In this document: positions 35,501 through 46,548 of the stretch, one piece after another | Position numbering within the stretch: the stretch's first letter is position 1 | How the letters are laid out: every line of letters starts with the position of its first letter | From: Prorocentrum cordatum | Lineage: Eukaryota | NCBI GenBank assembly: GCA_963575745.1 | Contig: CAUYUJ010000311.1 | Coordinates: 62,001 to 115,495, forward strand | Direction of reading: 5' to 3' | Length of the DNA: 53,495 nt | Notes under the pieces: model-generated | Told to the model about the DNA's origin: nothing | The model's input: only the letters and a program-made list of their open reading frames with translations | Databases searched by the model: none | Program-made: the position numbers and the translations under genes

Positions 35501-38500
35501 GACAATATATAATGTCGAAGAAAAATTGCAGAGAACGAGTAGTTTTTCAACCCAAGCGATTTCAGAACTGGGCGCCGGCGGTAAACCGTCAACCTTTGTT
35601 ACCGCCGGGGGACTCGTAGAGCTTCCTGACAACATATAATGTCGAAAAAATGCCACCGACAAAATATTGTTCAGCCCACCCAATTTCAAACCTCTCAGAT
35701 GCAACAGCCGAACGCCCCCGATGCTTCTGGATTGTCTTCTGTACGAGCTCTGTAGCTCTCCTACAGCCCGAGTTACGTGCGTAAATCGACAGCACCTCTG
35801 AAGATGACTCGAACAATACAAATAGTTTGGCAAACCTAGCTCGAGTATCAGACCGACTTCAGACCTCAGCATGCGACAGGCGGACGCGTCTGATGTCTCT
35901 GAATCGATTCCTGTGATTACCAGCCCTGCAGCCCCCCCTACAGCCCGAGTTAAGTGCAGGAAACCGACAGCACCTCTCAGGATGACTCGCACAATACGAA
36001 AAGTTTCGCAGACCTAGTTCGGGCAGCAGACAGAGTTCGGAGCTCTGGATTCGAAAGGCGGACGCGCCTGATGTCTCCGAATCGATTACATTGATTACCA
36101 GCCATGCAGCCCCCCTACAGCCCCAGTTGAGTAGAACCGACAGCATCTCTCAAGATGACTCGAACAATACGAATAGTTTCGCGATTCTAGATCGGACAGC
36201 AGACCGAGTTCAGAGCTCTGGATTCAACAGACAAGGGCCACTGATAATTCTGAATCAGATTCTGTACGCATCAGCTCTGTAGCTGTCCTGTAGCTCGAGT
36301 TAAGTACAGAAAACTGAGAGCGCCTGTCAAGATGACTCGAATAATACGAATAGGTTTGCGGACCTAGCTCGGCTAGCAGACCGAGTTCGGACCTCTAGGT
36401 TCAACAGGCGAACGCGCCTGATCATTCTGGATCGTTTCGCTGTGCTTACTAGCTCTGTAGCTGTCCTGAAGCTCGAGTTATCTTGAGAAAACCGTCACCG
36501 CGTGACAAGAAGACCCGAAACGGGCGATCCCGCCTGGACGCTTTTTGGCAGTAAAAGGTACCCAATCGAGCTGAGATCAAGATGGCGAGCGGGAATAAGA
36601 TCGAATATCACGGGAAAAAATACTAGAGCTCTAACGAATGGTTCAATTTCGAAAACAAAATGTTCCACCGACCAAAAGTCACCAAAAAGTCCGTCGAGAT
36701 TTTTCTTGCCAACTAGCTCTCCAGCGCCCCGGAATTACTCTTAAGCTTCCAGCAATAACTTCCTCAGGGAAGCTCTACGAGTTATTTTCAACCGACAAAA
36801 ATTCCTCAAAATGACCGTCGAGATTTCTCTTGCCAACTAGCTCTCCAGCGCCCCGGAATTACTCTTAAGCTTCCAGCAACTGGCGCCGGCGGTGAACCGT
36901 CAACCTGGTCACCGCCGGGAACCTCGTAGAGCTCCTTCCACGCGTGAGAGTGCTTAGAATCGACAGAGAGAGCTTCTAGGAGCATTTCGCGAAAAAGGCA
37001 AAATTGATTTTTTTTCATGCCAATATGAAGTTGGTTCCGCCAAGTGTTTTGATAATAAATGTGCGCCTACAGGGCTCATATTGAGACGCAGAGGCCCTCA
37101 TAATCGTTCACAGGTGCGAAAAATCTGCTTTCTCAAAATGAATTGTCAATTATCTTTCAAATCTTAGCAAAACCGACCCACAGTTGTCACATTGTCTCTT
37201 CTGGTCGGGTCGGCCAACTGGGCGCCGGCGGTAAACCGTCAACCTTCCTTACCGCCGGGGGGCTCGTAGAGCTTCCTGACAATCTATAATGTTTTCAGAC
37301 CTCCCCGATGCAACAGCCGAACGCCCCCGATGCTTCTCGATTCTCTTCTTTACGAGCTCTGTAGCTTCCTACAGCCCGAGTTACGTGCGTAAATCGACAG
37401 CACCTCTCAAGATGACTCTAATAAAACGAATAGTTTGGCAACGCAGCTCGAGTATCAAGCCGAGTTCAGACCTCTGAATGCGACAGGCGGACGCATCTGA
37501 TGCCAGCGAATCGACTCCTGTGATTACCAGCAGCCCCCTTACAGCCCGAGTTTAGTGCAGAAAACCGAAAGCACCTCTCAGGATGACTCGAACAATACGA
37601 ACAGTTTCACGGACCTAGTTCGGGCAGCAGACCGAGTTCCGAGCTCTAGATTCGACAGGCGGACGCGCCTGATGAATTCAAATCGATTCCTGTAACCACA
37701 GCACTGTAGCCGCCCAGCCCGAGTTGAGTGCAGAAAACCGAGAGCACTTTGAAGATAACTCGAACAATACGAATAGTTTCGCGAGTCTAGATCGGGCAGC
37801 AGACCGAGTTCAGAGCTCTGCATTCAACAGACAAATGCGACTGATAATTCTGAATCGGTTTCTGTAAGTATCAGCTCTCTAACTGTCCTATAGCTCGAGT
37901 TAAGTACAGAAAACCGAGAGCGTCTGTCGAGATGACTTGAATAACACGAGTAGGTTTGCAGACCTAGCTCGGCTAGCAGACCGAGTTCAGACCTCTAGAT
38001 TCAACTGGCGAACGCGCCTGATTATTCTACATCGACTAGCTGTGCTTATCAGCTCTGTAGCTGTCCTAAAGCTCGAGTTATGTTCAGAAAACCATCACTG
38101 CGTGTCAAGATGACTTGAAACGGCCGATCCCGCCTGGACGCTTTTTCGCAATAAAAAGGTACTCGATCGAGCTGAGATCAAGATGGCGAGCGGGAATAAG
38201 ATCGAATATCACGGGAAAAATACTAGAGCTCTAACGAATGGTTGAATTTCGAGAACAAAATTTTCAAACGAGCAAAAGTCATCAAAACGTCCGTCGAGAT
38301 TTGTCTTGCCAACTGGGCGCCGACGGTAAACCGTCAACCTTCCTAACCGCCGGGGGACTCGTAGAGCTTCCTGACATATAATGTGGAAAAAATGCAGAGA
38401 ACGAATAGTTTTTCAGCCCAAGCGATTTCAGACCTCTCGATGCAACAGCCGAACGCCCCCGATGCTTCTGGATTGTCTTCTGTACGAGCTCTGTAGCTCT

Positions 38501-40924
38501 CCTACAGCCAGAGTTACGTGCGTAAATCGACAGCACCTCGGACGCGGACAGGCGGACGCGACTGATGTCTGCGAATCGACTCCTGTGATTACCAGCCCTG
38601 CAGCCCCCTACAGCCCGAATTAAGTGCAGAAAACCGACAGCACCTCTCAGGATGACTCGAACAATACAATAGTTTCGCGGACCTAGTTCGGGCAGCAGAC
38701 CGTGTTCCGAGCTCTGGATGCGACAGGCGGACGCGCCTGATGTCTTCAAATCGGTTCCTGTGACCACCAGCACCGTAGCCCCCCCCCAGCCCGAGTTGAG
38801 TGCAGAAAATCGAGAGCACTTCTCAAGATGACTCGAACAATACGAATAATTTCGCGATTCTAGATCGGGCAGCAGCCCGAGTTCAGAGCTCTGGATTCAA
38901 CAGACAAATGCGACTGATGTTTCTGAATTGGTTTCTGTAAGTATTGGCTCTGTAGCTGTCCTATAGCTCGAGTTAAGTACAGAAAACCGAGAGCGTCTGT
39001 CAAGATGACTCGAATAATACGAATAGGTTTGCGGACCTAGCTCGGCTAGCAGACCGAGTTCGGACCTCTAGGTTCAACAGGCGAACGCGCCTGATCATTC
39101 TGAATCGATTAGCTGTGCTTACCAGCTCTGTAGCTGTCCTACAGCTCGAGCTATGTTCAGAAAACCGTCATCGCGTGTCAAGATGACTTGAAACGGCCGA
39201 TCCCGCCTGCCTGCTTTTTGGCAGTAAAAGGTACCCGATCAAGCTGAGATTAAGATGGCGAGCGGAATAAGATCGAATATCATGGGAAAAAATACTAGAG
39301 CTCAAACGAATTGTTGAATTTCGAGAACAAAATTTTCAACTGACCAAAAGTCAGCAAAATGTCAGTCGAGATTTTTCTTGCCAACTAGCTCTCCAGCGCC
39401 CCGGAATTACTCTTAAGCTCCCAGCAAGAACTTGCTAAGGGAAGCTCTACGAGTTACTAGCTCTCCAGCGCCCCAAAACTGGGCGCCGGCGGTAAACAGT
39501 CAACCTTTCTTACCGCCGGGGGACTCGTAGAGCTTCCTGATCATATATAAGATCGCAAAAAATTGCAGAGAACGAATATAGTTTTTCAGCCTAAGCGATT
39601 TAAAACCTCTCGATGCAACATGCAACAGCCAGACGCCCCCTGCGCTTCTGCGTACAGCCCGAGTTACGTGCGAAAATCGAAAGCACCTCTTAAGATCACG
39701 CAAACAATACAAATAGTTTCGCGAATCTAGCTCGAGTATCAAACCGAGTTCAGACCTCTGAATGCAACAGGCGGACGTGCCTGATCTCTCTGAATCGATC
39801 CCTGTGATTATCAGCCCTGCAGCCCCCTTACGGCCCGAGTTAAGTGCAGAAAACCGACAGCACCTCTGGAGATGACTCGAACAATACGAATAGTTTCGGG
39901 CAGCAGACCGAGTTCAGAGCTCTGAATGCGACAGGCGGACGCGACTGATGTCTCAAAACCGATGTCAGTGATGACCAGCCATGCAGCCCCCTTACAGCTC
40001 GAGTTAAGTGCAGAAAACGGACAGCACCTCTCAAGATGACTCGAAGAATATGAATAGTTTTGCGGACCTAGCTCGGGCAGCACACCGAGTTCTGAGCTCT
40101 GGATTTGGCAGCTGGACGCGTCTGATGTCTGCGAATCGTTCCCTGTGAGCACGAGCCTTGTAGCCCCCCTACAGCCCGAGTTAAGTGCAGAAAACTGACA
40201 GCACCTCTCAAGATGACTCGAACAATACGAATAGTTTCGCGAACCTAGCTCGGGCAGCAGACCGAGTCCAGACCTCTAGGTAGAACAGACGGATGTGCCT
40301 GATGATTCGTAATCGATTTCTGTGAGAATCAGCTCTGTAGCTGCCCTACAGCTCGAGTTAAGTACAAAATACCGACAACGCCTATCAAGATGACTCGAAA
40401 CAGCCGATCCCGTCGCGACGCTTTCTTGCAGAAATATTTACCCGATCGAGCTGAGATTAAGATCGCGAGCGGAAATAAGATCGAATATGGTCAGAAAAAA
40501 TACTAGAGCTCAAACGAATTGTTAAACTTGGTAGCGTCCACTTGGCAGCGTCCAAAACCCGGAGACCAAAGAGAATCTCGGGAAAACTTGGTAGCGTCCA
40601 AAACCCGGAGAGCGAACGGAGCCTAAGGAACTGGGCGCCGGCGGTAAACCGTCAACCTTGATTACCGCCGGCGGACTCGTAGAGCTTCCTGATCATGCAT
40701 AATGTTAAAAAGTTGTAGACAGCGAATAGTTTTTCAGCCCCAGCGATTTCAGACCTCTCGATGCAACAGCCGAACGCCTCTCATACTTCTGGATCGTCTT
40801 CTGTGCGTACCAGCTCGTAGCTCTTACAGCCCGAGTTCAGAAGAGGGACGAAATCTGCCAAGGCGTTTGGTGTTTGGTCAGGCTACACAGGGCGCGTGCG
40901 CCCAAGCCTAAGGGCTAGAGCCAG

Positions 40925-43900
40925 TTAAATCCGCCTCCTCCGCTTTGCAGAGGAAATTTCTTTAACGATGTGCTCCACACCTGTGCACAGGCGCTCGGCA
41001 GCAGATAATTCTGCCTCCGTCACGGTGGCTCCTACATCAAACATGTAGGCTTCTGAGCTCACGAGTGTCCACGGGCCATTCTCTGGAGCAACTTCGATCC
41101 AGTGACCTCCTGCAGCACCCTCACTGCTCACTCCACCATCCCAGCATCCTCTGATGTATTTGATGTTTGTCCTGTTCTGTTTGATATAGTCGTGCTTGTA
41201 AATTCTGTAACAGTTTCCTTCTCTCGCATGGTGTGTAAGCTCATCAGCATAGGCATTGGCTTCCCTATAGATATGTTTCCAGAAATCCCTACCGTACGTC
41301 GGGCATCGTATGTTGTGTTGTTCACTCACGTCATACATGATATTTTGTATCCTGGCGATCCGTTTGGCATACCCACTGTTGTCACAAGCCCAGACTCCCC
41401 TCAACCATTGTACGACCGTTTTACTGTCTCCGCACATTTCAACAGCGATACCTTCCATCCCAGGGTCCCATATCGTAGTCTGTTCATTAATAACTGCAAG
41501 ACGTCGGGCCAACTCGTCATCTGTCGGTGTCTTCGCAAACCCTCCCATCCTCCTCTCCTTACTCCTCCTCACAAACATATCCTCCACTTTGGGTATCTGT
41601 GATATGCGTTCCACAAACTCCTCCCAATCCGTCGGTACAACGCACGTGTCGTGCCACAGAAGAGACCTCCATTTTTCAAAGGGTGCATGCCAGCTGCTCG
41701 CCACGATTCGTGGTCTGCCTCTGAGCCGTCTCGTTCCCTCTCTCGACATCGTCCGACTTACTGCCGCCAGCATTTCATCCCTCTGCACCGTCCACTCCCC
41801 TGATACGTGCAACATGGAGCGCAGCGTCTGCTGCCACGATTTGCTGTACACCGTGGACGGCATGTGGCACTTATATTGGGATACCTCCACGGCGAATTCA
41901 AAGTTATACCTCACAACTTTCTCCACCAACGTTTTGAGCCCCCCCTCCTTGAACATCTCCCTGGATCTATTGGTACTGCGATCCCTGAACTCCTCCCACG
42001 CTTCCGTCTCTTTTCTATGTAATCCTCGCATTGTGTTCAAACATATTCCTTCAAAGCTCCTCAATATGTTCAGCACATGTTCATTACAGCTCCACCCCAC
42101 ACATCCATGGCATATGATCTGTTGAACTCTGCTCTGGTACCGTCTGAATTTTTCCCTCATGCTCACCGCGCGTGATCGATAGAATTTAATATCAGCATAG
42201 AAACACCGCCTGCCTGCATCAATACGGTGCCGCACTGCATGGAAATCCCTCGGGTTCGCCACAAATTTAACTCCCAGTATGTCACACTCGCTTTTTCTCG
42301 GCAGAACCACTGCCTCACGTAATTGATAGGGTAGGCTGGGGTCTCCAGCCCGTGCACAAATATCATCTCCCAGTTCACAAACTAATGATTGTGGTCCCTG
42401 GTTCTGTCTCAGCCCAAAAACCAGATACTCCAGGCTCTCAATCTTCCAGTCCATACCAGCCCGTCTGAGGGCCACGGTCAACATACTCACCATATTCCTC
42501 AGCTGATTCGCTGAGGCTGCCAGCAGCACCACATTGTCAGCCCATATGTAATGGTTGACCAGCGCCTGTTGTGTCCCCTCGCCTTCCAATCGTACTCCAT
42601 AATGACATGCTTCCCATGATTCAGCAATAGAGGCCCAAATTGCCTCCAACACAATATTGAAGAGCACTGGGCCTTCTTTCCCTCCAGTTCGCACCGACTT
42701 GTTATACAGGATCTCTTCACTGCACACATCCTGGAAATCAAAAACTGCTGTGTTTCCAATCATAGGCTCCACAATTGCAATAATCAAATATGTTGGATAT
42801 CTCAGATGTTCCATCGCGCGGATCACCATCGAGACAGTGACATGATCAAACGCTTTCTTTACATCCATTATCCCCATATGTACCGACTCGCCCTTTCCCC
42901 AGAGAGTGGCATGACGTGTCATATGCAGCAAAGGGGCCGTCATGTGATGAACTTTGTGACTCTTCTGGAATCCATATGTCGCCAATTCTTTGATATGTCC
43001 ATGCTCCTCCACAAGAATAAGAGGGCACGCCATGTACCACTTGCTCATAACACTCAACAGCGATATTGCACGAGTCTCCCCAAATGTTTGGATCATGCTC
43101 ATTTTTGGAATCAACTGTACGCACAACTTTCTCCACGAATCTGGTGACGACTTTTTCTGATCATGTATTTCTTGAAATGAGTGTCGTATCAATCTCAATG
43201 CATTCCAAGGTATTGCTTTGAGAAACTCCGCCACCAGGCCATCAGAGCCCGCTGCGGTGCCGCCCTTCAATCGGGCTCGAGCCCCCAGCAACACACCCAT
43301 AGATATGACCCTGTTCGTAGTTCTGCCCTCTGCCTCCCACTGTGTCCGTAGTCGATGCAACTCTCTCTTTGCAGCTCCTCCCTCCCCATCACATGTATAT
43401 GACCGTTGTACGTGTTTGTTGAGCTCCTCCACCCATCTTTGTTTATTTTCTGTCAGTATCCCGTCACACAGCATTTCCTTGATACACCTACGGGGTCCAT
43501 GTTTGAGGCCAGTGGAGTCCTTGAGGAGCTGTTCCCGCCTGAACTTTCTTCGGAGTGTTTTTTGACGTCTCAATAATTGTTTCCTACGCTCACCGAAGAC
43601 ACCCCTCCTTAACTCCGCTTCAACGTCCACGACTTGGTCAGGTTTTTTGATTGGTTTAGTATCCGCCCTGCCCTTTGTATGCCTACACATCGTCGCAGCA
43701 CTCACAAGCATCTGTCCCACTGTTTGTATATTTATGTCACCCTGTTGGTTCATATGTTGTTGTACCTGCACATCGGCCAGCGTACTGAACACATTCGCTG
43801 ACTCATAATCCTCCGGGGCCCAATTGATGAGGCTCGGGGGCCTGGGTCGCACGAAAGGCTTGCGCACCGACGCATGTTTTATCCTCACCCCTACCTTCGC

Positions 43901-44659
43901 ATGGTCACTGTAGCGTGACGCTCGATCCTGTGTAGGATCAACAAATTCCACCGTGCATTCAAATGAGCAGTTGGTCCGAGCCTCCTCGGTACCTGCAAAT
44001 TGTGTCGGCACAAATACATAGTCCAACACCCTGGAGTAGCTGCTGGTACTCCACGGCCTGTGCGTCACTTGTCGCACGCCGTAGGTGTTGGCTGCACAAA
44101 GACCCCAGTGATTCAGAAAGCGCACGAGCATGTCCCTCCTCTCCTCATGATGTCTCGCCTCCGACCTCATCCACACCTCCTCCAATCCTTCTCCCGTGAA
44201 CCCCAAGAGATTTGGTTCCAGCTCCGTCTGCGCACCTGCCCCCACAAACTGCAATACATTGGACCCCTGGTATTGCTCGCTACATAGTTGCATGCATGCA
44301 CACAGCTTAGCTAGAACGTCACAATATTCATCGAGCCTATCATCTCCCCGCTGCACTGTGGGTAGGTACACTGAGGACACGACCACAGATGCAAATTGTA
44401 CAACTGCAAACCTCTCACCGCACTTACTGTCCGAAATAGTCGCCGCCCATAGGCCCCTGAAGGCCACAGCAGCTCGTCGGCACACACTAAAACGCACCTG
44501 CCACCCACATGCTTCAAATGCTTCGGATAACATGTACTGACACTCCTGCAAGCATAGCACATCACAATGACAAAACTCCAGCATTGCTGGCAAAAGCTCG
44601 CTATTCCTCATGTTGACATTCCAAGTTGCCACCGCGAGCTGAGTGGCAGACTGGCACCG
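40925..44659 (-). CDS. E3 ORF2: APE, RT and permuted RNase H; the APE xDxN motif is degenerate (GAGAQ)
   Basis: ATWNV, LQE, SVYLP, LDY, SDH; MDVKKAFD, VRTGGKEGP, WADN; GDSKTVV...REANAYAD...WDGG...TEAELSA. Confidence 0.9.
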   Translation of the reverse strand, partial: RCQSATQLAVATWNVNMRNSELLPAMLEFCHCDVLCLQECQYMLSEAFEACGWQVRFSVCRRAAVAFRGLWAATISDSKCGERFAVVQFASVVVSSVYLPTVQRGDDRLDEYCDVLAKLCACMQLCSEQYQGSNVLQFVGAGAQTELEPNLLGFTGEGLEEVWMRSEARHHEERRDMLVRFLNHWGLCAANTYGVRQVTHRPWSTSSYSRVLDYVFVPTQFAGTEEARTNCSFECTVEFVDPTQDRASRYSDHAKVGVRIKHASVRKPFVRPRPPSLINWAPEDYESANVFSTLADVQVQQHMNQQGDINIQTVGQMLVSAATMCRHTKGRADTKPIKKPDQVVDVEAELRRGVFGERRKQLLRRQKTLRRKFRREQLLKDSTGLKHGPRRCIKEMLCDGILTENKQRWVEELNKHVQRSYTCDGEGGAAKRELHRLRTQWEAEGRTTNRVISMGVLLGARARLKGGTAAGSDGLVAEFLKAIPWNALRLIRHSFQEIHDQKKSSPDSWRKLCVQLIPKMSMIQTFGETRAISLLSVMSKWYMACPLILVEEHGHIKELATYGFQKSHKVHHMTAPLLHMTRHATLWGKGESVHMGIMDVKKAFDHVTVSMVIRAMEHLRYPTYLIIAIVEPMIGNTAVFDFQDVCSEEILYNKSVRTGGKEGPVLFNIVLEAIWASIAESWEACHYGVRLEGEGTQQALVNHYIWADNVVLLAASANQLRNMVSMLTVALRRAGMDWKIESLEYLVFGLRQNQGPQSLVCELGDDICARAGDPSLPYQLREAVVLPRKSECDILGVKFVANPRDFHAVRHRIDAGRRCFYADIKFYRSRAVSMREKFRRYQSRVQQIICHGCVGWSCNEHVLNILRSFEGICLNTMRGLHRKETEAWEEFRDRSTNRSREMFKEGGLKTLVEKVVRYNFEFAVEVSQYKCHMPSTVYSKSWQQTLRSMLHVSGEWTVQRDEMLAAVSRTMSREGTRRLRGRPRIVASSWHAPFEKWRSLLWHDTCVVPTDWEEFVERISQIPKVEDMFVRRSKERRMGGFAKTPTDDELARRLAVINEQTTIWDPGMEGIAVEMCGDSKTVVQWLRGVWACDNSGYAKRIARIQNIMYDVSEQHNIRCPTYGRDFWKHIYREANAYADELTHHAREGNCYRIYKHDYIKQNRTNIKYIRGCWDGGVSSEGAAGGHWIEVAPENGPWTLVSSEAYMFDVGATVTEAELSAAERLCTGVEHIVKEISSAKRRRRI

Positions 44660-46279
44660 TCAATTGTTCGTCTGTCTGGGCTTCGTGAGTAACCCCTCTT
44701 GATCCACCTCAGGCTCCACCCTCCTCAGATTATTAGTGTGTAGCGCCCACCCGCTGTGTACACCCCATTCAGCAATCAGTACTCTGGTGTCTGGATCTGC
44801 TTGTGGGTTTTGTGTAAACCATATGTATGATTTTGGCGGCCCTGGCTCCCCCTTGCATATTGTCCCCGTCGTTGTCTTCACTTCCGCAAAGCAACTCTGG
44901 AACTTACCAATCTGTTGGACATGGGGTGTTCTCCATGGCGCGCATTCTACATGAAACTTTACATTCGGTGGTAGGTCAGTGTTTCCCCTCTTGTATTCGC
45001 TGTCGAAACAATTCCGAACCTGCCATATGATCTCCACTGCCGTCCCCTTTTTGAAATAGATCCGCCCTCGTGTGTATGGCCAGTACCTGCCAGTATTCTC
45101 CCCCGCAGTTCTCGCATGATCAAAAGCAGCATTATGTGTTGCGTCCAGCGATGCCAATCCCAATAATTTTGTTATGTTGTCGGCCAGCACCTGTTGTTTC
45201 AAGGCCTCCCTTTGTTTTATCTCTCTATTCTTCCAACCCTCACGTGATATCCAACCTTTGAACTCAATATATGATGGTACCCAGTTCGAATTTGCCCTGC
45301 ACCACTGCCCGCATCACCTGATCCGTATCTAGTCGAACCGCTTGCGCAAGATTGAGCGTCTCCATTTTTCAGATTCTGAATGTCAGCTTGGGCCTGCTTC
45401 ATTTGCTCAGATAACGTTTTGACATCTGACGTTGATGGTACCCAGTTCGAATTGTGCCCTGCACCACTGCCCGCATCACCTGATCCGTATCTAGTCGAAC
45501 CGCTTGCGCAAGATTGAGCGTCTCCATTTTTCAGATTCTGAATGTCAGCTTGGGCCTGCTTCATTTGCTCAGATAACGTTTTGACATCTGACGTTGTTCT
45601 ATCAATCTTTTCCTCCATGACATGTAAATCAGCTGCAACCGATGTTTTGAACTCACTAACCGTCGCAGTTACTTCACTCTGGCCCTTCAAAATCTGTCTG
45701 AACATTTCCTCGGGCGTCATTGTAGCTGGTTGAGGCGCCTGGACAGCAGCACTTTGAGCTACGGCCAGACCACTCGTAGCCTTGGGGACTTGGGCTGTAG
45801 CTAGATGAGGCGCCTGGACAGCAGCACTGGAAGCCGCGGCCAGACCACTCGAAGCACTGGAACCTTTGCCCTCCCCTTTTCGCCCTCACCTCTCTCAACC
45901 ATTCACTACTCGCATTCCCTCCCATTTTGCTATCTTCTGCTTTGTCATCCGCCATGATTGCTGACGAACGTCGTTTATTTCTCTCTTTGACTGTACGCAA
46001 TGTGTGAAGTGCAGCCTGATATCTATCTGATTGCCCAATCTTCTTGAAATCGTACGCTTCCTGCTGAACAAATGCCTCTGGTGGAGAAATTTCCAATTCC
46101 AGTGCTATCTGATCTTCTCTCTTCTCCTGCGTCGTTAATCGCGGCACAGTAGCTGATGTGTCTTTCAACCAATCACACGGATGTGGGTCACAATCCACAC
46201 CAAAGTCAGCTGACGTGAAATATTCACTCTGATCGTCTTCTGATGGTATAATATATGCTCCCTGCGAGTCCGTTTTCAA
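44660..46279 (-). pseudogene. E3 ORF1, broken by frameshifts and an internal duplication of about 161 bp (45272-45432 / 45433-45594)
   Basis: ORF pieces 45674-46279, 45217-45720 and 44660-45202. Coiled coil and WVPSYIEFKGW motif across the shift. Confidence 0.75.
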
Positions 46280-46521
46280 TCCAACAGCCCACAGTGGTCT
46301 TTTGTAAAATCCAGACAGATCCTGATCTTCCTGCGATCCCCACGATATCTTGATATCAAGAACGAGAGCGAGGATTCAATGTGAACACAGCCCCCGCGAT
46401 ACGTCAAACACGCACCGCACGAGAGGGGGGCTCGAGGCAAGCCTGCGTGCGTGCCCTGACGTGGGCCCTGTTCGACGTCGAACCCTGACGTCTCGAACCC
46501 TGACGTCTCGAACCCTGACGT

Positions 46522-46548
46522 CTTGAGCCAAAATGGCTTGAGCCAAAA
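46522..46548 (-). other. Two tandem relict dinoflagellate spliced leaders
   Basis: The minus strand reads TTTTGGCTCAAG-CCATTTTGGCTCAAG at the exact 5' junction of E3. Confidence 0.9.

Larger units (their letters stand above)
40864..46545 (-). mobile_element. Non-LTR retrotransposon E3, full length, with tandem spliced-leader relics at its 5' end
   Basis: 13-bp target-site duplication AAATCTGCCAAGG at 40851-40863 and 46546-46558. ORF1 (disrupted) plus ORF2. Confidence 0.92.

Noticed and set aside
36886..36918. Palindrome as an integron attC or loxP-like recombination site
   Set aside because: No recombinase is present. The insertions have TSDs, 5' truncation and an RT, which fits TPRT.
46470..46521. 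GGTTCGAGAC repeats (and G(A/G)TTCGA in the 3' stem-loops) as tRNA or Pol III B-box
   Set aside because: No cloverleaf or A-box is evident, and in the 3' stem-loops the motif is antisense to the element.
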